From: Desulfurococcaceae archaeon
GTDB taxonomy: Archaea > Thermoproteota > Thermoprotei_A > Sulfolobales > NBVN01
Length of the DNA stretch: 64,000 nt
Direction: 5' to 3'
Assembly: GCA_020833255.1 (NCBI GenBank)
Contig: JAJHQR010000001.1
Coordinates: forward strand, 7,359 to 71,358
The position numbers and the translations under genes are program-made. The notes below the pieces were generated by a model. That model had not been told where the DNA came from and did no database searches. It worked only from the letters and a program-made list of their open reading frames with translations. Shown here piece by piece: positions 38,513 through 47,062 of the stretch; the stretch's first letter is position 1, and every line of letters begins with the position of its first letter.

Positions 38513-40561
38513 GTGGTAGTGCATATTGTTGGTTTAGATAAGCCGGGGAGCAGGTTCCTCCTTCAAGGAAACGAGGCAGTAGCTAGAGGTGCTTTAGAGG
38601 GAGGGGTTCAAGTAGCTACGGGCTATCCTGGCACACCCTCATCTGAGGTGATCGAAACACTAGCTGAGATAGCCAAGGATCACGGCATCTACGTGGAGTG
38701 GTCGGTTAACGAGAAGGTAGCTTTCGACGTCGCTGTCGGTGCTGCCAGTGTTGGCGCTCGCGCTCTAGTGACGGCTAAGAACGCCGGGGTTAACTGGTAC
38801 ATGGATATGTTTGCTACGGTGGTTTACGGAGGGCTTCCCGGAGGTCTCGTAGTGTACGCGGCTGACGACCCAGGAGCTTTCTACAGTTCCACGGAGCAGG
38901 ACACGAGACCCTTAGCTAGGAGTGTCGGCGTGTTGATATTAGAGCCTGCCGATCAGCAGGAGTCTAAGGAGATGGTGAGGCTAGGTTTTGATTACTCAGA
39001 AAAGTTTGAGTTACCGGTTTTCGTAAGGTCTGTGACCAGGATCAGCCACTCAACAGGTGACGTGACGTTCGGCGAGATTAGGAGGGAGAGGAATAAGGTC
39101 TTCTTTAACAGGCATTACGGGCTGCCCTTCAGGTACAACGTTTACGGCCCCTACAAGTATGGGGGTGAGGTAGGTCCCTCGGCTAAGCACGCGTGGCAGC
39201 TGGAAAGACTAGACAGTATTAAGGAATTCGTTGAGGAAGTGCCTCTTAACTGGGTTGAGGAAGGCAACGTGGATGTGGGTGTGGTGGCTTCAGGTATAGG
39301 GTACTCCTACGTTAAGGACGCTTTAGCGAGGCTAGACAGCGGCGTCAAGCTCTGGATCTTCAAGGTAGGGACTCCCTACCCGCTCCCGACCAAGAAACTA
39401 TCTAAGTTCTTAAGTAACTTAAGGGAGGTCTTGGTCGTTGAGGAAGGGGACCCTCTCGTTGAGGAGCAGGTCAGGGCTCTAAGCAAGGATTGCTGTCCTG
39501 AGGTTAAGGTGTTAGGTAGGGGATCAGGCACTATAAGGAGCTTCGGTGAGTTAGGGCTCGCGCAAGTTTTAAGAGCTGTCTCTAATTTGGTGGGTTCTAA
39601 ATATTATGAACCTAGTGATGAGAGGAGGAAGGTTAAAGCCGAGGTAAGGAAGATCATAGCCCCGAGATCCTCGATGATGTGTGCTGGATGCCCTCACCTA
39701 GGGACTTACTGGGTGCTTAGGTTCGCTCTACATAAGACGGTCAACAAGTATAGGGATAGGTTTAAGGGTGCTTGGATAGTTAACGGCGACATAGGTTGTT
39801 ACGAGATGGGGGGTTACGGACTCTTCGCTAAGGAGATAGAGCCTTCAAAGGAGAAAGTCACCAAGAGAGTGAGTTTCGATAACCCGTACGAAATACTCGA
39901 TACTAACTACATCATGGGCGGGGGCATAGGCGTTGCTCAAGGGCAGTACCACGCCGGTTACTCGGAGGGCCCTATAGTAGCTGTGGCAGGGGACTCAACG
40001 TTTTTCCACGCGTGCATGCCCGCACTACTCAACGCAACCTACAATAAAGCAGCCATAACCTTCTTAGTGTTAGATAATTCTTGGACGGCCATGACGGGAC
40101 ATCAACCAGCGCCGACGACCGGGGTTACCGCCACGGGCTCGCCGAGCAGGGTCTACAAGATCGAGGAGATCGCTAAAGCTTTAGGTGTGGATGACGTGTG
40201 GGTTGCTGACCCGTACGACTTGAAGAGCGCTGAGGAATCGTTATTGAAAGCGATCGACAAGACCGTGAACGAGAATAAAACCACCTTAGTTATCTTCAGG
40301 CGGGAATGCGCTCTGCAGGTAGTCAGGAGGCTTACTAGGGAAGGTAAGGTAATAACCCACTACGTGGTCGACACCGGTAGATGCGTGGGTTGCAGACTAT
40401 GCGTTCAGTTAGGTTGCCCAGCTATAGGTTGGGATAAGAACGCTAAGAAAGCCTTCATAGACCCCACCCTCTGCGTCTCATGCACCCTCTGCGCTCAGGT
40501 ATGCCCCGTGAAAGCGATAAAGCCTTCAACCGAGGAGGTAGTGGGGGTTAAGGGGGTGTAG
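38513..40561 (+). CDS. iorA: Indolepyruvate:ferredoxin oxidoreductase alpha subunit
   Basis: GNEAVARGA, YPGTPSSE, SVNEKVA, CAGCPH, GDIGCY, GDSTFFH TPP motif, TAMTGHQ, two C-terminal CxxCxxC clusters. Confidence 0.92.
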   Translation: MVVHIVGLDKPGSRFLLQGNEAVARGALEGGVQVATGYPGTPSSEVIETLAEIAKDHGIYVEWSVNEKVAFDVAVGAASVGARALVTAKNAGVNWYMDMFATVVYGGLPGGLVVYAADDPGAFYSSTEQDTRPLARSVGVLILEPADQQESKEMVRLGFDYSEKFELPVFVRSVTRISHSTGDVTFGEIRRERNKVFFNRHYGLPFRYNVYGPYKYGGEVGPSAKHAWQLERLDSIKEFVEEVPLNWVEEGNVDVGVVASGIGYSYVKDALARLDSGVKLWIFKVGTPYPLPTKKLSKFLSNLREVLVVEEGDPLVEEQVRALSKDCCPEVKVLGRGSGTIRSFGELGLAQVLRAVSNLVGSKYYEPSDERRKVKAEVRKIIAPRSSMMCAGCPHLGTYWVLRFALHKTVNKYRDRFKGAWIVNGDIGCYEMGGYGLFAKEIEPSKEKVTKRVSFDNPYEILDTNYIMGGGIGVAQGQYHAGYSEGPIVAVAGDSTFFHACMPALLNATYNKAAITFLVLDNSWTAMTGHQPAPTTGVTATGSPSRVYKIEEIAKALGVDDVWVADPYDLKSAEESLLKAIDKTVNENKTTLVIFRRECALQVVRRLTREGKVITHYVVDTGRCVGCRLCVQLGCPAIGWDKNAKKAFIDPTLCVSCTLCAQVCPVKAIKPSTEEVVGVKGV

Positions 40562-40564
40562 GAC

Positions 40565-41179
40565 TTGAGGTACTACCATATAATGATAGCTGGTGTCGGG
40601 GGTCAGGGTAACCTACTCCTCTCGAGGATCATAGGCGACGCCGCCCTCTCTAAGGGATTGAGGGTTAGGTTGGGGGAGACCTTCGGTGCTGCTCAGAGAG
40701 GCGGGTCAGTACATTCTCACGTAAGAATAGGTAAGGAAGTTTACGGTCCTTTAATGCTCGAGGACGAAGCAGACGCTCTACTAGCTTTAGAACCTTTAGA
40801 AGGGTTAAGACGAGGTGTTCAGTACTTAAAGGAAGGAGGTCTCGCGATCTTGAATACCAGGAAGGTGAGCTCGATCGACGTTAATGTGGGCGTAGCCGAA
40901 TACCCTAGCATTGAAGAAATAATAGAGTCTTTCAGAAAGTTAAAGGCTAGGATAGTGTATCATGACTTCACGAAGATCGCGGAGGAGATTGGGTCCCCGA
41001 GGCTAATGAATGTAGTTGTTTTAGGCGTGTTCGCTGGCATTGCGGAGAGAGAGCTTCCCTTCACTTTAGAAGACCTGAAAACCGCTATAAGGGGTAGAGT
41101 TCCTCAGAGGTGGGTTGAGTTAAATCTGCGTGCTTTTGACGTGGGTTACGAATTTTCTAAAAATTATATTATGAAGTAG
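40565..41179 (+). CDS. iorB: Indolepyruvate:ferredoxin oxidoreductase beta subunit
   Basis: GVGGQG, ETFGAAQRGGSV, LEPLE, NLRAF. Confidence 0.92.
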   Translation: MRYYHIMIAGVGGQGNLLLSRIIGDAALSKGLRVRLGETFGAAQRGGSVHSHVRIGKEVYGPLMLEDEADALLALEPLEGLRRGVQYLKEGGLAILNTRKVSSIDVNVGVAEYPSIEEIIESFRKLKARIVYHDFTKIAEEIGSPRLMNVVVLGVFAGIAERELPFTLEDLKTAIRGRVPQRWVELNLRAFDVGYEFSKNYIMK

Positions 41180-42140
41180 CTTTTCCTAGGAAAAGTCTAG
41201 TACTGAAGTACCTTGCTGCATAGTCTGGGAGAACAGTAACTATTTTCTTTCCCTCACCAATACCAAATCTTTTGGCTATCTTAATAGCCGCCACTACGTT
41301 AGCTCCTGAGGATATACCTACCGCAAGTCCTTCAAGTCTTGCTAACCTCCTAGACATCTCTATTGCTCTCTCTGAATTAACTACCTCGAAATGGTCTATT
41401 AGGTGTTTGTACTTCCTAATTATGTTTGGCACGAAACCGTCCCCGACACCCTCTATCTCGTGCCTGCCCCACGGACCTTCAACGCCTGTGTAGAACCAAT
41501 TATAAGCAACAGGGCACTCAGCAGGTTCCGCGCCAACGATTAAGGTTTTGGGGTTAACCTCCTTAAGTCTCTTAGCAACCCCTACTAAGGTTCCTCCAGT
41601 GCCTACGTGAGCCACGAAAGCGTCAACAGTACCCAGCTGCTCTATTATTTCCTTCCCGGTAGTCTCGTAATGTGCCTCAACGTTCGCTTCATCATCCCAT
41701 TGATCTAGGAAAACGTATTTGTCAGGGTATTTCCTCTCAAGTTCCTTGCCGTACTGCAGGGCTTTGAAAGCGTCTGACTCACCTCCAGGCACCCTAATTA
41801 TTTCAGCGCCATAATGCTCAATCAATAAAAACCTCTCTCTACTCATTTCCTCCGGTATCACTATGACTACCTTATAACCTAGCGCTGCCCCTAAAGCAGC
41901 GAAGGCTATTCCAGTGTTACCAGTAGTTGCCACTACTATAGCTTTGTCCTTACTTAACCTACCCTCCCTCTCAGCCTTCTTAATCATGTAGAGAGCCATC
42001 CTATCCTTAACACTACCTGAGGGGTTCATGAACTCTAACTTAACCCAAATCTCAGCCTTCACATCCTCAGGTACCACCCTCCTGAGCCTTATCAAAGGAG
42101 TCTCACCAACCACATCCGCTATTGACTCACCAACCTTCAT
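41169..42140 (-). CDS. Cysteine synthase/cystathionine beta-synthase family PLP enzyme
   Basis: GETPL, KLEFMNPSGSVKDR, TTGNTG, GTGGT, IEGVG, GISSGAN. Confidence 0.88.
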   Translation of the reverse strand: MKVGESIADVVGETPLIRLRRVVPEDVKAEIWVKLEFMNPSGSVKDRMALYMIKKAEREGRLSKDKAIVVATTGNTGIAFAALGAALGYKVVIVIPEEMSRERFLLIEHYGAEIIRVPGGESDAFKALQYGKELERKYPDKYVFLDQWDDEANVEAHYETTGKEIIEQLGTVDAFVAHVGTGGTLVGVAKRLKEVNPKTLIVGAEPAECPVAYNWFYTGVEGPWGRHEIEGVGDGFVPNIIRKYKHLIDHFEVVNSERAIEMSRRLARLEGLAVGISSGANVVAAIKIAKRFGIGEGKKIVTVLPDYAARYFSTRLFLGKATS

Positions 42141-42265
42141 TCGCCGATACCACCGAAATTCTAGGGAAAACCACCCCTTATATAAAATATTTCAAGAATT
42201 CTGAAGAAAAATTATGGGTGAATACATGACTTAACGTATATTTTTATTTACTCACATTAATTGAA

Positions 42266-43300
42266 ATGGGGGTGTATGGCTTGACGTATCCAATCGTAGA
42301 TCTACATGAAGATATCTCGTTATATTTTTTAACGTTTGGCGGGGGACAACCCTTAGCAGATTTCAGAGATGACTTGAGTGGTAGGGACGCAGATATACCT
42401 AAGTACGTTCGCGGCAATGTGAGGTTAGTGTTCTCATCGATTTTCCCGGGCACGCACACCTTCGACGTGAAATTACTTGATCAGAGGGAGAAGGATAGGT
42501 GGTTACCCAGAGTTATCATGAGGTACCCACAACTACAGGTTTTCGAGCATCTTAAGATCTATTACTCACTTTCCGAAGCTTACAACGTGAGAATAGTTGA
42601 GTCTTTAAAGGATGTTGAGGACGTTATTAAATCTAGTGATTACAGGTTAGGGTTCCTTATTCACGTAGAGGGTGCTGACGCGATCGACGACCCTTACGAC
42701 CTAGTACTCCTCAAGAAGCTTGGGGTTAGGTCTTTAGGGCTGACCTGGAACTACAATAATAAGTGGGCGTCTTCCTGTGCTTCAAATAAGGACTACGGGT
42801 TAACTCCTGAGGGTGAGGAACTCGTTAAGTACGCTAATAAGCTAGGCATAATAATAGACTTAGCTCACGCAAGCAAGAAGACAGTGGTCGACGTACTCCA
42901 AATATCTAGGAAGCCCGTCATGATAAGTCACGCTAACGTTAAGTCAGTGCATGATCATAGAAGAAACGTTGACGACGAAGTGCTGGAACTCCTCTCATCA
43001 AATAATGGCTTGATTGGGATGTCTTTCGTGAGTTCCTTCATATCACCTAAGAAGAGGGCTAGCGTTAACGACTTAGTTAATCACTTCATGCACGTCTACG
43101 AGAGGTTCGGCTCGGACATATTAGCGATAGGCACTGATTTCCACGGCCTCCTAGGTCTTCCAGGTCCTGAGGGGCTTGAGTCTATTGATAAGGTGCAGAC
43201 ACTCTTAAACGCGTTGAGGGATAGAGGCCTTAAAGAATCTGATGTTAGGAAGATAGCTTTCGAGAATGCTCTCAGACTACTAGAGAACGTCCTTGGTTAA
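42266..43300 (+). CDS. Membrane dipeptidase (peptidase M19 family)
   Basis: DLHED, HVEG, LTWN, DLAH, ISHAN, RNVDD, IGTDF, FENALR. Confidence 0.88.
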   Translation: MGVYGLTYPIVDLHEDISLYFLTFGGGQPLADFRDDLSGRDADIPKYVRGNVRLVFSSIFPGTHTFDVKLLDQREKDRWLPRVIMRYPQLQVFEHLKIYYSLSEAYNVRIVESLKDVEDVIKSSDYRLGFLIHVEGADAIDDPYDLVLLKKLGVRSLGLTWNYNNKWASSCASNKDYGLTPEGEELVKYANKLGIIIDLAHASKKTVVDVLQISRKPVMISHANVKSVHDHRRNVDDEVLELLSSNNGLIGMSFVSSFISPKKRASVNDLVNHFMHVYERFGSDILAIGTDFHGLLGLPGPEGLESIDKVQTLLNALRDRGLKESDVRKIAFENALRLLENVLG

Positions 43301-44820
43301 AGCAATCCTAGAGCGAGACCGTCTCCTCTGACGTCCACGTAACCGGCCCTAACACCCTCTTTAATTTCCGCTACGGCCGCTACGCCGAGTCTCGCAGGGT
43401 ATTTGACTCTGCGTAGCACGTGACCTTCGATAACCCCTTCCTCAAAACCCTCCTCAAATTCTACGAGGTTGGTTCCAGGGTACCATACAAACCTAGGGTA
43501 TTCTATTGCTTCCTGCGGGTTCATCCTGTACTTGAAGATGTTTTGAAATATCTCCGCATGCAGTTGCGGCCTGAAGTGGCCTCCCGACAACCCTATAGCC
43601 ATCTCCCTATCCTTAGTTACCACTATCATAGCGGAAAGAGTGTGTAGGGGTTTCTTCAAAGGCGCTAGCGAGTTCGGATGGTTCGGGAGTAGGTTAAAGG
43701 AGGAAGCTCTGGAGTTTAAGGTTATGCCGTACGTAGGTTCCGTTATCTTGGAACCGAAAGGATAGAAGAGGGACTGAATCCCCGAGACTATGGTGCCCTC
43801 ACTGTCTACGACGGCGAAGTACGTTGTGTCCCCGCCACCGCCGTGACCTACTGACTGCCCTGGATCACTACCGCGTAGTAGGTCCGTGCTCAATAGCTTG
43901 TCTACCCCGATACTCATGTAACGCGGGTCCCCAACGTAGGAATCCCTAATCTTATACACAGTCTTAAACAAATTAACGTATGTCCTCAGCCTATCTATAG
44001 AGTTCGGCTTAGTCTCTCGTTCCCCCTCAAGAAGCTTCAGTAGTTGCAGGGTCGTTATACCCTGGGTGTTGGGAGGCATCTCATACACTGTGACGTCGCC
44101 TAAGCATAGCTTAATCGGGTCCCCGATCTCCGCTCTGTAATTCCTCATATCCTCGTAACTCAACACCCCGCCGACAGACCTAACATACTCTGAAATCTTG
44201 ATAGCTATGTCCCCCTCGTAGAACTGCCTGGGGTCATCCCTGATAATCTCTAACGCTTTAATCATCCCGTCAAACCTGACGAGCTGTCCCGGCGTGTAGT
44301 AGTTAACGTTGCTGTAGTACGTTTTCCTAGAGCCCTCATCCTTAACTAGCATGTCCCTGAGGTTGTTGAGGGCTGTAGCGAAACTAGGTGAGATCGGGAA
44401 CCCGCTCCTCAACGCACCTACTACCAGGTCAACGATCTTCCCCCACTCAAGAGATCCTAACCTCTCCCACATTACTCTGAGACCGTCAATCATTCCCGGC
44501 ACCACGATCGAGAGAGGCCCCTCCAGCGGGACCTCCTTAAGTCCTGCAGACTTAATAAACTCTATAGTCATCGCTGAAGGTGCGTAGCCCGAGCCATTAA
44601 CGAACGTGATCCTCCCATTAGGATCCTTAATCAAGGCGAAGAAATCCCCTCCTAAACCGCCTAAGTGCGGTATACTAACCGAGAGCGCTAGTGACGTAGC
44701 TACTGAAGCGTCTACCGCGTTACCCCCCATCTCAAGAATCTTAACCCCCACAACGGAAGCCAGGGAAGTCTCGCTAGCTACAACACCCTTAGAAGAATAG
44801 AAAGGGATTCTAAGCATCAT
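43297..44820 (-). CDS. ggt: Gamma-glutamyltransferase family protein
   Basis: GGNAVDA, GLGGDFF, VPG, PPNTQG, DTTYF (N-terminal nucleophile Thr), KPLHTLS. Start at ATG 44820 or 44817. Confidence 0.9.
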   Translation of the reverse strand: MMLRIPFYSSKGVVASETSLASVVGVKILEMGGNAVDASVATSLALSVSIPHLGGLGGDFFALIKDPNGRITFVNGSGYAPSAMTIEFIKSAGLKEVPLEGPLSIVVPGMIDGLRVMWERLGSLEWGKIVDLVVGALRSGFPISPSFATALNNLRDMLVKDEGSRKTYYSNVNYYTPGQLVRFDGMIKALEIIRDDPRQFYEGDIAIKISEYVRSVGGVLSYEDMRNYRAEIGDPIKLCLGDVTVYEMPPNTQGITTLQLLKLLEGERETKPNSIDRLRTYVNLFKTVYKIRDSYVGDPRYMSIGVDKLLSTDLLRGSDPGQSVGHGGGGDTTYFAVVDSEGTIVSGIQSLFYPFGSKITEPTYGITLNSRASSFNLLPNHPNSLAPLKKPLHTLSAMIVVTKDREMAIGLSGGHFRPQLHAEIFQNIFKYRMNPQEAIEYPRFVWYPGTNLVEFEEGFEEGVIEGHVLRRVKYPARLGVAAVAEIKEGVRAGYVDVRGDGLALGLL

Positions 44821-44876
44821 ATCCCACCACATTAAAAACCACACGAAATAATAAATATGAAACCCCCGCACTGTTA

Positions 44877-45204
44877 GGGGGCGGTGCCGACTATAGCCCG
44901 TCTTCAGTACTACGGCGGCATTGAGCTTAACGGCCTACCCGCGCCTCACGCGGCTCTCATCGGCGCTGCTTGGCCTTGCTCCCGAGGGGACAGCCGTTTC
45001 AACGCATCCGCTCCCATACTCGGCGGGTTACTGACGCTTCGTTACCGAAGCGTCCTCACCGCGTCATCGACATCCGGGAGCGGCCGTGTCGTTTCTGTGC
45101 TGTTGCCGCGGGTCTCCCCGCACCCCTTACGGGGTCCTCGCGCCGCGAGGAGGACGGTGCTTCCTCAGGGGATTACCCCCGTAGCCGCCAGTCGGCTCCG
45201 CCCC
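44877..45204 (-). ncRNA. rnpB: RNase P RNA (archaeal type A-like)
   Basis: P1 GGGGCGGAGCCGACU/AGUCGGCACCGCCCC. CR I GAGGAAGCACCGUC, CR II ACAGAAA, CR III UGAAAC, CR IV GAGCAAG, CR V ACUGAAGACGGGCUA. TTTTAAAA box about 25 nt upstream. Confidence 0.95.
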
Positions 45205-45228
45205 GAAATCATATCGGTTGCGAAACTT

Positions 45229-45528
45229 TTAAAAACTTCCCTTCACATCCACTGAAACAATCTTGAAATAACCAAATCTGCGAGGTTCTGTAGGGTCTTC
45301 CGGCTCAACGAATCTCACCAACTTAGTCTCCAGCCCTACTTCCTTAAAGACGTAGACGAGATCCTCAACCCAGTCGTATATACCGCACCACATACAGAAA
45401 CTGCCTGAGAAGCTGACAACGATCGTGTCCCCCTCAACACCGACTAGTTCTGCGATTGCTTCAGGAGCTCTTCGCTCGTTATAGAGCTTAATGCCTTCCC
45501 TAACCAAATGAAGTAACTCGCTACTCAT
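45229..45528 (-). CDS. Small protein with CxxC (NifU-C-like)
   Basis: VSFSGSFCMWCGIYDWVED resembles the NifU C-terminal G.C..C motif. 99 aa. Confidence 0.6.
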   Translation of the reverse strand: MSSELLHLVREGIKLYNERRAPEAIAELVGVEGDTIVVSFSGSFCMWCGIYDWVEDLVYVFKEVGLETKLVRFVEPEDPTEPRRFGYFKIVSVDVKGSF

Positions 45529-45583
45529 TGAGACTCCCTGAATAAATTATTTTAAACCAAAAATTAGTGATTAAAAACGAGGC

Positions 45584-46930
45584 CTACTTTTTCTTCATGA
45601 AAGCTAGCGCTAAAGAGATTAATGCCAGGACTAGAGCCACACCGCCTAAAGCTAGTGAGGTCGTGATGTTCGTTGCGGCGCCTTCAAGACTGGAGACACG
45701 CGAATCTAACTTGCTGGCAGTGTCCTCAAGCGTTGTAACGCGGTTGCCTACGTTACTTAACGTTCCTTGAATACTTGTAACAGTGTTTTGTATTGAAGAC
45801 ACGGTATTACTTAAACCGCTAACACTCGAACTCAAGCTGTTAACGCTTGAACTTAAGCTACTAACACTTGACGACAGTTGCTCTAAGTTAGATCTTAGGT
45901 ACTGAATAGCTTCTGTGACATTCATTAAGATCTCCTTACCTTCGAGTAATTCCTTGTAAGCCAGTAACTCACCGTAATATCTTGTGGCCCACAGTACTAG
46001 GTTCCTGAATAGCCTCATACCCTGCATGACGACGCCGTAGTATACGTAGGTTAGTCCGGACTGGTAGCCTCCGTAAGGTGACTCACCGCTAACGATTATC
46101 CTGTTCCCGTTAGGCAGGATCTCCACAGCTAGCAGGGGGAACACTCCAGTATCTCCTGGCGAGTAGAGTTGGTGGATCATGCCCGGAGCTCCCGGCGCGG
46201 AGGGCTGGTACTCGTTTATCTTACCTCCCTCAGTCGTTCTAGCGACTATGTAAACGTTAGGTATCTTAACTTTTATCGGGTTAACCCATGTCCCGTTATC
46301 TAATACCGCGGCGAGAGGGCCTGGGCCGTGGAATAGAGCTACCTCAACACCGTAGCCTAGCTCAGCGACTTCAGGGTCTGGGTCAACGATCCCCACGACT
46401 CTGTAGGTTGCTTTAGCGTTTGAGATCGTGTCATCTACTGCGACGTAATCTATCCTTAGGTGGGAACCTACAGCCTCCGCAACCATGTTGACTACTTGCT
46501 GAGCTATCTCGTTACCTTGCGCCGGGTAATCACTATCCCCAGCTACCCATATAGCTTTGGGCGTGCTACCAAACCATGATACTAAAGCGCTGATTTCCTC
46601 TGGCGTAACTAACCTCAGCGCCTGACCTATTATAACCATGTCAACATCCCTCAGAGTGGTTGAGGTAAACCCGCCGTACCTAATCTCAGCATTATTCTTA
46701 ACGTAGTCTGGGAGGGTCGCTAAGTCTGCCTCACTAGATAGCAAAACCACCCAGTTAGCTTCAGGAACCATCTTCATCATCTCAACCACCCCGCCGACCG
46801 TCTGCCCGTGAGATAAGTCTATCAATATACCTATCCCGACCTTAGCGGCCTTAAGCGGTTGAGGAGTCATCAAACCCGCAACCGACATAAAGAGCAAGAC
46901 TACTAAAGCTACGGTAGCTAATCTACGCAT
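45584..46930 (-). CDS. Cell-surface protein: signal peptide, globular domain, Ser-rich coiled-coil stalk, C-terminal TM anchor
   Basis: LIDLSHGQ and GDSDY in the N-domain. Heptads LSSSVSS-LSSSVNS-LSSSVSG-LSNTVSS-IQNTVTS. TM plus KKK. Confidence 0.75.
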   Translation of the reverse strand: MRRLATVALVVLLFMSVAGLMTPQPLKAAKVGIGILIDLSHGQTVGGVVEMMKMVPEANWVVLLSSEADLATLPDYVKNNAEIRYGGFTSTTLRDVDMVIIGQALRLVTPEEISALVSWFGSTPKAIWVAGDSDYPAQGNEIAQQVVNMVAEAVGSHLRIDYVAVDDTISNAKATYRVVGIVDPDPEVAELGYGVEVALFHGPGPLAAVLDNGTWVNPIKVKIPNVYIVARTTEGGKINEYQPSAPGAPGMIHQLYSPGDTGVFPLLAVEILPNGNRIIVSGESPYGGYQSGLTYVYYGVVMQGMRLFRNLVLWATRYYGELLAYKELLEGKEILMNVTEAIQYLRSNLEQLSSSVSSLSSSVNSLSSSVSGLSNTVSSIQNTVTSIQGTLSNVGNRVTTLEDTASKLDSRVSSLEGAATNITTSLALGGVALVLALISLALAFMKKK

Positions 46931-47062
46931 GTAGACACCTCAATAACATCTACTACGGCAAGGTTAATAAATTAAAAACATGAAGTAATCCGTAGCGTTG
47001 CATCAGCGGATTGAAGAATAGTTTATTTTGTTAGAAGGAGCTAGTTTTAATTGGGGGTAAGT

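Noticed and set aside
44884..45266. ORFs 44884-45255 and 44970-45266 (+)
   Set aside because: They are antisense readings of the GC-rich RNase P RNA gene.
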